A DNA stretch of 64,000 nt from a virus. Taxonomy: Duplodnaviria > Caudoviricetes. The notes under the pieces are model-generated. The model made no database searches, was not told the DNA's origin, and saw only the letters and a program-made list of their open reading frames with translations. The translations under genes and the position numbers were made by a program. Below, in pieces: positions 46,587-55,760 of the stretch. The stretch lies in IMG/VR virus record IMGVR_UViG_3300037067_016777, positions 160,001 to 224,000 of that record. One strand, given 5' to 3'. Numbering within the stretch: the stretch's first letter is position 1; every line of letters begins with the position of its first letter.

Positions 46587-47303
46587 CTCGCTTAATTCAG
46601 CCAACCGCGAGACATAGGCGTTCTGACACTGGTTAGCAGCATCAATCTTTGCTTGATCGACCTCGATACCATCACAAATAAATATGAATTTATCGTTAGG
46701 TTGTGCTTGAGCACACTGTTGCATACTTGTTTTTCTATCGCCCTGGGAACCGCCGTCTGAATCGCCATAGCGAAGATATAACCAAATTCGTTTATTTCCG
46801 AATATAATCACACCATCAGGTTTGGTTGGCAGTCCGCTGTCTTTTGGCTCTCCGATTTTTAGTTGACAGAATGGCGGCGACATTTTCGAGAACACGTTCC
46901 TGACAGCACCTTTTTGGTCGCTCGATTTTTTGTTGCCATTTGTAGATCGTTGGCTGTTATAGACTACAGTTACAACATGATGTCTGATTTGATCATAGGA
47001 TAAATTCAGAGATTCAAACTCCTTGATGATTTCGTCGTCAGAGATCGAATATCCATCTTTGCGTGCTTTTTGACAACTTGTTCCGTTCGAGCCCAGAGCC
47101 ACGAGCATAATATCTATAGCTTGTATCTGCGCTCTCGGGTCTGTTCTGTACTTCCCAAAGTACAGCATTGATGCAATAGTGTTAATCATTTTGGTGTCAT
47201 AAATTATTCTATATCTGTACCCCGGAGGGAAACCGATCGAAGTTAGGTCGATTGCAACCGCGCTAGCTGCTAATGCTGTAGCCTTACGTGCTTTCTGTGC
47301 CAT
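46548..47303 (-). CDS. Putative restriction endonuclease
   Basis: KPDG...YLRY.DSDGGSQ...FIFICDG; convergent with the MTase. Confidence 0.55.
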   Translation of the reverse strand: MAQKARKATALAASAVAIDLTSIGFPPGYRYRIIYDTKMINTIASMLYFGKYRTDPRAQIQAIDIMLVALGSNGTSCQKARKDGYSISDDEIIKEFESLNLSYDQIRHHVVTVVYNSQRSTNGNKKSSDQKGAVRNVFSKMSPPFCQLKIGEPKDSGLPTKPDGVIIFGNKRIWLYLRYGDSDGGSQGDRKTSMQQCAQAQPNDKFIFICDGIEVDQAKIDAANQCQNAYVSRLAELSESAMRQKLIDQVI

Positions 47304-47330
47304 GAGATTAAAGATAGAATGGAGGTTGTT

Positions 47331-48023
47331 ATGAGACTAATAATTGTACCGTTTGTAAGCGTGTCGGCCTTCTCTGATATAAATACTGGCGATCTATTCC
47401 TATCAGAGAAGGCTTATGAAGAGAAACAGGAATCTCTTATAAGGCATGAGCTAGCACATTTATATTCGAATGACCCCGACCACGGCAAAATGTGGTCCGA
47501 GTTAGCAGAGCAACCACTACCAACGGTCGACTTGTTTAAGAAGATGCGAAAGCGGCTTGGCATTCCACAACATATTGCTGCGAATATAGGCAATATTTCA
47601 GGCGTTCAAAACATACTCACAGATTATTATCTTTTACAAGCTTATCGCCGTTCTTCACAACAAATTCTTGGGACTATCGGACACTGGGAAGTTTTAAATG
47701 AAGGTGGTAGTGGCCCAACAAACCAGCTGATTCGATTATATCCAACACCAAAGGGCGCATTTCCGGTTGTGGTTGTTTATTATCCAACAATTACACATTT
47801 CAGAAGTCCCCAAGCGCGTATGCTGGCTTCCGAAATGCTGTTGGCTGAAACGAAAGTGATGGTCGGTGCTGCACGTAGAAAAATCGCTGGTATACCTATG
47901 CCAGACGGTGGTAGCCTAGCACTAGACGGCGAGGCATTAGTCGCAGAAGGAAAAGAAGAGAAAGCTGCCATCATAGAAAAGGCTATACATTTGGGAGAGC
48001 CTATGGGTTTTGTGAAAGCATGA
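47331..48023 (+). CDS. HExxH metallopeptidase-like domain fused to the neck protein C-half
   Basis: GGAGG RBS; LIRHELAH...DHGKMW; then IRLYPTP, GAARRKIAGIPMPDGGSLALDGEALVAEGKEE (gp13-like C-terminus). Confidence 0.8.
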   Translation: MRLIIVPFVSVSAFSDINTGDLFLSEKAYEEKQESLIRHELAHLYSNDPDHGKMWSELAEQPLPTVDLFKKMRKRLGIPQHIAANIGNISGVQNILTDYYLLQAYRRSSQQILGTIGHWEVLNEGGSGPTNQLIRLYPTPKGAFPVVVVYYPTITHFRSPQARMLASEMLLAETKVMVGAARRKIAGIPMPDGGSLALDGEALVAEGKEEKAAIIEKAIHLGEPMGFVKA

Positions 48024-48029
48024 TTAAAA

Positions 48030-48251
48030 ATGCAGTTTATTACTCGTCATCTCGATTATGTTAATATAATCTCATCTTATAAGTCAGGAGTTGCGATATC
48101 TGACTTAGCTGAGCGGCATAGTGTTGGAATCCACATTATTTATAAGGTGCTAGAGAACTGCTGCGAACGTCCTCAAGTTGACGACTTGTCTGCTGTTTCG
48201 GTTCCACAAGACCGGCCTATCCGCAAAGGTAAATGGAATAGAACGAGTTAA
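48030..48251 (+). CDS. Small HTH protein
   Basis: YKSGVAISDLAERHSVGIHIIYKVL. Confidence 0.6.
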   Translation: MQFITRHLDYVNIISSYKSGVAISDLAERHSVGIHIIYKVLENCCERPQVDDLSAVSVPQDRPIRKGKWNRTS

Positions 48252-48316
48252 GGATAGATTTCTTGTTCCTCTAAACGTCGACATATCAAAGATATCGTAG
48301 AAAGTTGAGGTATCAA

Positions 48317-48508
48317 ATGAGTCCATTAAATAAAGTGTGTTTTACGGTTTGTATGGTTTCGATTGTCATTAGTGCATTACTAGGTTTAGCTATGATATGG
48401 ACCGATATTGATCCAGAAATAACATCAAAGACATTTCTGACTTTACTTATCTTTTTTGTAAGCTCAGCGGCAATTAGCGGCGTCAATGCATTTTTCAAGA
48501 GCAAGTAA
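48317..48508 (+). CDS. Small two-TM membrane protein
   Basis: GAGGT RBS; two hydrophobic helices. Confidence 0.65.
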   Translation: MSPLNKVCFTVCMVSIVISALLGLAMIWTDIDPEITSKTFLTLLIFFVSSAAISGVNAFFKSK

Positions 48509-48510
48509 TA

Positions 48511-48783
48511 ATGCATTTATCTCTTTTAAATGAGTCGGGTCCGCAATTCGATATTCTCGAAAAGGGTAAGATAAATCTCACGGACGATGAGCGCGAGCGA
48601 GTTATGATCGCTAAGGCTGTTTGGCATTTTGGTTCTAACGGTAAGCCGAGTCCAGCCATTAAGAAAGCGATAGTGCGTGGTAAGACTTATTACTATTGCA
48701 ATACGCACCGTTGTTATCAATCTGCGAAGACTTTAGATGGTGCTATAAAGAAATTCTTTGATGTAGTGGAGCCTTCAAGTTAA
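48511..48783 (+). CDS. Hypothetical protein
   Basis: Starts MHLSLLNE. Confidence 0.65.
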   Translation: MHLSLLNESGPQFDILEKGKINLTDDERERVMIAKAVWHFGSNGKPSPAIKKAIVRGKTYYYCNTHRCYQSAKTLDGAIKKFFDVVEPSS

Positions 48784-48792
48784 ATCTACACT

Positions 48793-49638
48793 ATGCGACT
48801 TCATTTGTTATCAGAAGGAATTGTGGCATCGGAACTTGGTGATGTCACTAAATTAAAGAATTCATTAGCTAATCAATTAATGATTGCTCTTGAGCGGTTA
48901 GGTTTTCGTAAACCTAATATGAAACCAGCTGAGAATCCGACTGATGATGCGATTGTCTATATAGAGGCTGGACAAAACGCACTGACTAGGGAATCTCAAA
49001 CGATAGTGGTTACGATAGAAGACGATGATAGTGTAAGAATACAAATCCCAAGCGATATTAGTAGATCTGGTAAGAAGAATCTGGCTGAAATTTTGGGAAT
49101 AGATGATTTCTTTATTACCGGGTCAGTCGGAGAAGCTATTGCCAGGTTAAAGGCTATTAAGCGTAAAGCGGATCATCTAATACAAAAAAGCGGTTTGCGT
49201 GGCTCGTTATCTTCAGGCCATATAGGAGAAAGTGAAGAACCACCAGCTGTCGACTATACGGTCGGCGAATTTCAGGTAAATTCAACTAAAAACGGTAGAT
49301 TCTTATCAAGCCAGCTAGAACGTTTTTTAAATGCTAAAATGCCGAATTTGATAGTTTTAAGGCAATCTGTATGGGAGCCTAGGGCGCAAACTGGTTGGCT
49401 ATCTTGCGCAACTGTAATATATATGTGTCGTGGCACAACAAGTTTAAAACAACAGCTTAAGGAATTATTTGCTCAAGAGGACTATTTTGATTTTATACCG
49501 ACGCGCTATAAGACGATCGGCATAGCGTCTACTGTAGAAGAATTTCTTGGTTTATATGGTCACTATGAATTAAGCCCTACATGGACAAATATTATTAATA
49601 ATATGGCTGATAAGTTTGAGGCAGGAATGGTTGATTGA
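48793..49638 (+). CDS. Hypothetical protein
   Basis: Starts MRLHLLSE. Confidence 0.7.
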   Translation: MRLHLLSEGIVASELGDVTKLKNSLANQLMIALERLGFRKPNMKPAENPTDDAIVYIEAGQNALTRESQTIVVTIEDDDSVRIQIPSDISRSGKKNLAEILGIDDFFITGSVGEAIARLKAIKRKADHLIQKSGLRGSLSSGHIGESEEPPAVDYTVGEFQVNSTKNGRFLSSQLERFLNAKMPNLIVLRQSVWEPRAQTGWLSCATVIYMCRGTTSLKQQLKELFAQEDYFDFIPTRYKTIGIASTVEEFLGLYGHYELSPTWTNIINNMADKFEAGMVD

Positions 49639-49699
49639 TATTTTAGTAGTAGATGACTACAGGTTCGCATAAAATATATGGTGGCAGGGAGATGCTACC

Positions 49700-50221
49700 A
49701 TGCGACAAATCTATATAGCAAATAAACTTGAAGTGATAGGCCCTGATAGTGTTGCTATACCCGGATGCGAGCCCGAATCTTCCTTTTCAACTACAAGTCT
49801 TTCCTGGTTGCGTAATTGCAAGAGCACCTATGTGAAATTATCTATTGCACTAGCCGCTATTCCTGGGTCTACTATCGAGTGGCAAATAAATAATGGGCAG
49901 TCGAATGGAGCTACAAAGAAGTGGTTTGTATTGCCGCCATATTATCCTGGCTGTCCGTGTACTCCAATGCCAGATTACTATGCTATTCTTCGAAGCTTAG
50001 GCTCTTCAGATGAATTACCACCGACACAACCAGATTGTGCTGTGTTAGATCAGGGTTGGTGTCCGGCCAAGAACTTTAAAGAACAACTACCGCCACCGGT
50101 GAAACGCTATGTCCCAGAAGGTGAGATTTTCGGAATTACGCCATCATTATTATTTGGGCCGTACTATTATGGCAATGATCCACGAGACAGCCCAGCAGAT
50201 GATTTCCCTCTGACGATGTGA
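49700..50221 (+). CDS. Pro/Cys-rich hypothetical protein
   Basis: GGAG RBS; located in the structural region. Confidence 0.65.
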   Translation: MRQIYIANKLEVIGPDSVAIPGCEPESSFSTTSLSWLRNCKSTYVKLSIALAAIPGSTIEWQINNGQSNGATKKWFVLPPYYPGCPCTPMPDYYAILRSLGSSDELPPTQPDCAVLDQGWCPAKNFKEQLPPPVKRYVPEGEIFGITPSLLFGPYYYGNDPRDSPADDFPLTM

Positions 50222-50228
50222 GTAGAAT

Positions 50229-50831
50229 ATGATTTATAATTTTAGTGGCATAAATGAGCAAGCAACAAGTACTCAAATAGATTTTCGTAGTGATGTGCAG
50301 CAGAATAATCCATTATATCAAGTACAAGATATAGATGCACCGGATATAGCGTTAGTTAAGAAAACAGCAATAGAGATGATTCAGGTTAATGGTGCTCTTG
50401 TTCGAGTCCATACTAGAACGGATAATATGGACCACGATAAAGTTTTTGATGAAGATACTGACCCAACATACTGGGCACCAATTAGTATCAAAGGATTCTT
50501 CGTACCAAATCCAATGGAATATGAATTGACTTTATGGGGTGTAGACTGCCCAAATAAACAAGAGATTGTATTTGCTCTTGAACAAGTAGTCGGTTTGAAG
50601 CCGAAGAGATTGTTTCGCCCAGGTGATTTAATAGAGCTACCGTTCGATTCTCAATCGCAACAGAAGCCTAAATACTTCATGATAGACAACGCATCTGAGG
50701 TGGGTAACTTCAGATATGTCTGGCTATATCTGAAGTGTGTGACTACACTTATAGTTGGCGATGTTAACTTGCGACCTGCTCAAGATGCTGTAGAGACAAT
50801 TGACGAGTATACCGACGAGATCGACGGATGA
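50229..50831 (+). CDS. Neck/head-closure protein (gp14-like)
   Basis: EMIQVNG, DKVFDED, LTLWGVD, RPGDLI; gene order. Confidence 0.65.
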   Translation: MIYNFSGINEQATSTQIDFRSDVQQNNPLYQVQDIDAPDIALVKKTAIEMIQVNGALVRVHTRTDNMDHDKVFDEDTDPTYWAPISIKGFFVPNPMEYELTLWGVDCPNKQEIVFALEQVVGLKPKRLFRPGDLIELPFDSQSQQKPKYFMIDNASEVGNFRYVWLYLKCVTTLIVGDVNLRPAQDAVETIDEYTDEIDG

Positions 50832-51183
50832 ACCTAATTTCTTGTGCTTTGCAACATCGAAAAAAGAATTTTCAAATCCGAGAGAATTGATTGGCCAAAT
50901 CGGCTTAGATTTGGAAGCTAAAGCCGGTAAGATAGGTAGTTTGTTTCGTGGGAATATACGTAAGGAGTTAGAAAAATTATCTGATAAAAAGAATATAATT
51001 ATATCAATAGAGCAGACAATCAATGGCTCTCTGATATCGTTAAAAATTGAGGATTGGGTTGATAAATTAGAGAAGGCAACAATAATAGAGGAATTCAAAG
51101 ATTTGATGGATCGCATCGGTGCTACTACTAGCGTCTGTTCTGGCGGATCTATCCCTGGTAGTTTAGTAGCACTTCTAAAATAG
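50800..51183 (+). CDS. Hypothetical protein
   Basis: Fills the gap between structural genes; start uncertain. Confidence 0.5.
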   Translation: MTSIPTRSTDEPNFLCFATSKKEFSNPRELIGQIGLDLEAKAGKIGSLFRGNIRKELEKLSDKKNIIISIEQTINGSLISLKIEDWVDKLEKATIIEEFKDLMDRIGATTSVCSGGSIPGSLVALLK

Positions 51184-51193
51184 GATAAATAAG

Positions 51194-52066
51194 ATGGCTA
51201 TCCATGAATTTACGCCACACGTTTTAGAGCGAGAGAGAACCTCTAATCCTGTTCCTGGCCCAGAACGCAATCCGCATATTGAGCTATATCCAGTGGGTGT
51301 AGCGCAGAGCAGCGATGTTCAAGGTGGCCGCTCTAGCATTTATGGCGAGACACTCGGCAGCCAGCCAGAGTTTATTCAAGAGTTCCTGATGCCGGGTTTT
51401 CACGCTCTTGACGAAGCGATGAAAACATATTGGTCTGGAATTAGAATACCAACTAAAGATGCCTACAGGTTTATGAGGGTTAAGATAGCTGGTGGCGATA
51501 AGAGTATTCTGATATGGCGTGATCAATTAAAAGAAGGACGAGTAAAATTTCCTGTTGCCTCTATTAGTCGGATCAGCCATGAATTCAATCCACAGAAGTT
51601 TAGTACGCCTGTGTTAGCGATGGCTCGCAGATATACTAGCAGTCGCATGGATCGAGTTGCTTTAATAAGGCGGCCAGTGCCTTTTTTGGTGAAATATACG
51701 CTCACAATATGGGCGTCTTATAAAGGTGAAGCCGATCACGCATTAGAACAGATTCTGCCACGATTCAATCCGTTAGCTGAATTCGTAATGTGTGATCAAC
51801 ACTTACGCGGTAGTGTACAGCTAAGATTTGAAGGGTCTGCCGACGCCAGCGAAAAGGAAGTTGGTTTTGATCAGAAAGCCAAAATACGATACGAATTTTC
51901 AATGACTGCTGAGGCTTGGCTGCCATTGCCAGAACTTATAGTTCCAACTATTCTTGGACACGCCACTGTGATTAAGGAATCTGCCACGAATGAATTATTA
52001 TCAATGGGACGAGGAGATACAACTAGACTGTTTTGTAAGCCTGACGTTGGTGGTTGGGATATTTGA
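51194..52066 (+). CDS. Tail terminator/sheath stabiliser (gp15-like)
   Basis: FPVASISR, PVPFLVKYTLTIW, EQILPRFNP. Confidence 0.75.
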   Translation: MAIHEFTPHVLERERTSNPVPGPERNPHIELYPVGVAQSSDVQGGRSSIYGETLGSQPEFIQEFLMPGFHALDEAMKTYWSGIRIPTKDAYRFMRVKIAGGDKSILIWRDQLKEGRVKFPVASISRISHEFNPQKFSTPVLAMARRYTSSRMDRVALIRRPVPFLVKYTLTIWASYKGEADHALEQILPRFNPLAEFVMCDQHLRGSVQLRFEGSADASEKEVGFDQKAKIRYEFSMTAEAWLPLPELIVPTILGHATVIKESATNELLSMGRGDTTRLFCKPDVGGWDI

Positions 52067-52134
52067 GCGTTATGAATTATAATGTTTAAGATGTAGATAT
52101 ATGATTACTGTACTGTGATTGTAGTAGAGGATTT

Positions 52135-52383
52135 ATGAAACAACACAACAGAGAAACCAATTTTGTAGTGCAGATTTACAACTGTAGCACACAGATGATA
52201 CCGATTTCTGTGAGACCGCCAGGAGGCGATTTCTTTCTACATGAGCAGACAATTTACCTAAGGCGAGGTAAGACAGTCCGATTACCGAAGAGTTTCTTAA
52301 ACGATTCGCAGATTTCTAATTTGACCTCAAAACGGATGATAAGAATTCTGCATGATAGTGAGAAGGCCGCTATTAATAGTTAG
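52135..52383 (+). CDS. Small hypothetical protein
   Basis: GAGGA RBS. Confidence 0.65.
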   Translation: MKQHNRETNFVVQIYNCSTQMIPISVRPPGGDFFLHEQTIYLRRGKTVRLPKSFLNDSQISNLTSKRMIRILHDSEKAAINS

Positions 52384-52448
52384 CAGCTTATATCCATATA
52401 TCTCATCGCTATTAATAGTTAACGGCTTACATCCATATATATATCTCA
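52368..52448. repeat. Imperfect 39-bp tandem duplication
   Basis: CGCTATTAATAGTTA.C.GCTTA.ATCCATATAT at 52368 and 52407. Confidence 0.85.
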
Positions 52449-52676
52449 GGATGTGCTATAAATTAAATCATATTATCCTGGCAAGTTATTGGTATATTGA
52501 TAGATGGTTTTGTGATGCATAAGAGAACACTACATAGGAGAGTAGTGAAGTAGACAATGGCCGAAAACGAGTTTGCAGAAGCGAAGGTTATATCAGGAAA
52601 TATAGTGGTGAAAAACTGTGTTATGTTTATTTAGGCAAATCTACCATAGTTTGATACTAGACAACGGAGATTAAAA

Positions 52677-55535
52677 ATGCCGACCTACCTTTCGCCGGGA
52701 GTTTATCCTAGGGAAATAGACCTTAGTGCAGTTACTGGCCAAACTGGGCCGCTTCGTGCGGCATTTGTTGGAACTGCCAAAAAAGGTCCTCTGAATACTC
52801 CAGTCTTTGTAAGTGGTGCTCAACAGGCTATCGACACATTCGGAGAGCCGTTTGTCGATAGTTATCTGATGTATGCAGTCCTCGCCTATTTGGAGGAAAG
52901 CAATCAAGCATATGTCATTCGGGTTGGTATTGAATGCCAAGATGGACAGCCTGTAGAATTAGGCGATGTTTGTATTGATACTTCTGGATCTCGGGTGAAC
53001 GGATGGGGTCGGATTCCAGTATTCACTGGTATCGATTACGGCAAATTACTTATGCGAGCTGTGTCGACAGCTTCGCCCGTTGTCTTTCATGATGCTGCTG
53101 TCGAGAACATAACGTTTACTGATGTTAGTGTGTCAGTTACTGATGGGCCAACCAGCGCAACATTGCAATTCACCGGCGAAACCGATCTAAGCGATAGCTA
53201 TACTGGTTGCACTGACGACACTTTTTCATTATTCATTACTGGCGCTTCAGACGATGGATACATGATAAAGGGAGCAACATTCCAGCTATTCCGCAGCCGC
53301 GATAATGCATTGATGGTTAGTGGTACTTTGGACGAGAAGGTAACGGGGGCTACGAGCACCAGTACTAATATTGTAATCGGTGACGGTCTTGAATGCAACA
53401 TTCTTGTTACTGATGGCCGCCTTGACACCAATGACGTATTCTCGTTCACAGCAAAACCGTACAACAGAGAGCTAGAAGTAGAGGTTGAGGGTGTTGGTGG
53501 CACTTATATTATGCCAGTTGCTACCTATACTTCAGCAGACACTCTAGTTGCCGCAATCAATCTGCTAATTGCAACTGAGGATTATGTTGCTGTTGCAGAT
53601 ACTGTTGCTAGTGTTGAATATCCAGAATTGCGTACGAAGGTTGCTGGGGATCGTATTCAGTTGATAGGATCATGTGCTTTTGCTTCTGAGGTTGGAGTGC
53701 AGCAATATGCTTATGACATTCCACGTAGTTATTTGTATGGCTCTGATGCTGAACCATTTTTCATCAACAGCCAAAGTAATCGTGTAGCAATCGACATAAT
53801 CCCAGCAGATAGAAGCGACACTATCAGTGTCGCTTTTACTATTCCTGTCGGAACGAATTTGTCAGCTACAACCATAGCAGCGGCCATTAATGGCAATGGG
53901 ACTTATGCTGGCGAGACATACTTTACATCATTTGCTATCACCGCTCCTGGCGATATTCCGCATGTTGTTGTTGTAACTTCAGATGGACATAGGCTTGATC
54001 AGCTCTATTTGAAGGCTAATTACTCCAACCTTAAGACATTGATGTTTGCCGAGGAAATCGGTGTACTTTCTCCTTACACGAAAGCATACCGTGGGTTTTC
54101 TGACAGTCGCGTGTCGCTGCCTGATACTGGTGAAATCACGCCATCTGTGCCGTTATCTTGCGAATTAGCTCCGAGCGGACCAGATTGTGCGCTCGACACA
54201 GCTTATTTCGCCAATATTGTCGGATGGTTTGTCGCATCGAGCGCTGGGACGTGGTTGGACGATTACACTCTGACGCTCTCACTGCAGACTCAAATTGCAG
54301 GCAATGCGGCTGCACGTTATCAGTTAACTATGACTGATCCAGACGGTGCTACTGCCGAGAGCATTCAAAATCTCAGTTTCGATAAGACTGACGATCGATA
54401 TATCGGTAATGTTTTGAATCCTGGCTCCGCTTACGGTGGAGTTAGTGGTAATGAGTTTATCAATTGGGAAGATCGGCCATCATTCTTAAATAATGATGAA
54501 CTTGATCCAAGTACCTACGAAGTTAGGCAGCCTGCACAGTTGTCGAAGCAGATGTTTGTTGGTGGTACTAATGGCATACCGGTAGATCCAGCATATTCGA
54601 GCGAATTGGATGCTGCGATTATTGGTAATGCACAAGATTCAAGCGGCATGTATGGTGTGCAGAACTCTGAGACTTATGACATTAATTTGCTGGTAGTTCC
54701 AGGGATGACATCTGGTGCGGTCATTGGCCAAGGATTGCAACTGTGTGAAAGTCGTGGCGATACCTTGTTTGTCGTCGATCCGCCGTTCGGTCTTCGCCCA
54801 CAGCAGGTTGTCGATTGGCATAATGGGATGTTGTTATCTGATCTTTCAGCTGCAATCAATAGCAGTTATGGTGCATTGTATTGGAGCTGGGTGAAGATTT
54901 ATGACCAGTTCAGCAAGCAATACATTTGGGTTCCACCATCTGGTCAGGTTGCTGGAGTTTTTGCTCGTACTTCCAATGTGGCAGAGCAATGGTATGCCCC
55001 TGCTGGTATCAATCGCGGAGTTTTGAATACAGCATTGGACGTTGAATACAACCCAAGCCAGGGAGAGCGTGATCTGTTGTATGGTAGTGGTAATGCTGTC
55101 AATCCATTGGTATCATTCCCGAAAGATGGTATCGTGGTTTTTGGGCAGCGAACACTGCAACGATCTACCACAGCACTAGATAGAGTAAATGTGCGGATGC
55201 TGTTAATTTACTTAAAGAAGAATCTGATTCAAACGCTCAGATCATTTGTGTTCGAGCCAAATGATGCTACTACTTGGGCGCAGGTCAGAACGCTAGTTAA
55301 TCCATTTTTGGCAGATATCCAAGCACGTCGTGGACTTGACGCTTACAACGTGGTTTGCGACGAGTCAAACAACACACCGGCGAGACGAGACCTTAACCAA
55401 TTGTGGGTATCGGTTTTCATTAAGCCGACGAGAACTATCGAATTCATCGTGCTTAATCTCGTTGTGATGCAGTCTTCAGCTTCCTTTAGTTCAGAGGAAA
55501 TCTTGGCTGCTGGTGGTGTCGTAGTAAGCGGGTGA
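52677..55535 (+). CDS. Tail sheath protein (gp18-like)
   Basis: YLSPGVYPREID, WYAPAGINRG, VFGQRTL, RVNVRMLL, FEPND, IKPTRTIEFI. Confidence 0.96.
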   Translation: MPTYLSPGVYPREIDLSAVTGQTGPLRAAFVGTAKKGPLNTPVFVSGAQQAIDTFGEPFVDSYLMYAVLAYLEESNQAYVIRVGIECQDGQPVELGDVCIDTSGSRVNGWGRIPVFTGIDYGKLLMRAVSTASPVVFHDAAVENITFTDVSVSVTDGPTSATLQFTGETDLSDSYTGCTDDTFSLFITGASDDGYMIKGATFQLFRSRDNALMVSGTLDEKVTGATSTSTNIVIGDGLECNILVTDGRLDTNDVFSFTAKPYNRELEVEVEGVGGTYIMPVATYTSADTLVAAINLLIATEDYVAVADTVASVEYPELRTKVAGDRIQLIGSCAFASEVGVQQYAYDIPRSYLYGSDAEPFFINSQSNRVAIDIIPADRSDTISVAFTIPVGTNLSATTIAAAINGNGTYAGETYFTSFAITAPGDIPHVVVVTSDGHRLDQLYLKANYSNLKTLMFAEEIGVLSPYTKAYRGFSDSRVSLPDTGEITPSVPLSCELAPSGPDCALDTAYFANIVGWFVASSAGTWLDDYTLTLSLQTQIAGNAAARYQLTMTDPDGATAESIQNLSFDKTDDRYIGNVLNPGSAYGGVSGNEFINWEDRPSFLNNDELDPSTYEVRQPAQLSKQMFVGGTNGIPVDPAYSSELDAAIIGNAQDSSGMYGVQNSETYDINLLVVPGMTSGAVIGQGLQLCESRGDTLFVVDPPFGLRPQQVVDWHNGMLLSDLSAAINSSYGALYWSWVKIYDQFSKQYIWVPPSGQVAGVFARTSNVAEQWYAPAGINRGVLNTALDVEYNPSQGERDLLYGSGNAVNPLVSFPKDGIVVFGQRTLQRSTTALDRVNVRMLLIYLKKNLIQTLRSFVFEPNDATTWAQVRTLVNPFLADIQARRGLDAYNVVCDESNNTPARRDLNQLWVSVFIKPTRTIEFIVLNLVVMQSSASFSSEEILAAGGVVVSG

Positions 55536-55559
55536 CAGTCCGACGCGACGAATAGACGG

Positions 55560-55583
55560 GAGGGCCAGCTTTCGCTGGCCCTC
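55560..55583. terminator. Hairpin terminator after the sheath gene
   Basis: GAGGGCCAGC-TTTC-GCTGGCCCTC. Confidence 0.75.
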
Positions 55584-55607
55584 TTCGTATAAAGATATCA
55601 CACTTGA

Positions 55608-55760
55608 TTTAGATAAGCATGGACGGCATCGGTCAAGTGGCTATATAAGTGGTTCACTAAAATTATCAATAATCTGTTGATGGTTTAGATAAGTGCGAAC
55701 AGCATCGGTTAAGTGGTTATCTACAAGTGGCTCGCCAAAAGTATCGATAATCTGCTGATT
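55608..55760 (-). repeat. Two tandem 76-78-bp units encoding a tail-sheath-like peptide
   Basis: Units begin TTTAGATAAG at 55608 and 55684. The minus strand reads QQIIDTFGEPLVDNHLTDAVRTYL. Confidence 0.85.

Larger units (their letters stand above)
44169..47582. mobile_element. Cassette interrupting the neck gene (Hint, endonuclease, MTase, REase, metallopeptidase)
   Basis: Removing it gives the in-frame join ...AESFLF|NIGNISG...; the junctions are inferred. Confidence 0.65.

Noticed and set aside
44169-47582. Group I intron restoring the neck gene (exon ends in U, insert ends in G)
   Set aside because: The insert is wall-to-wall ORFs with no room for a recognisable ribozyme core, and the C-half has its own RBS. 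RT-PCR is needed to exclude it fully.
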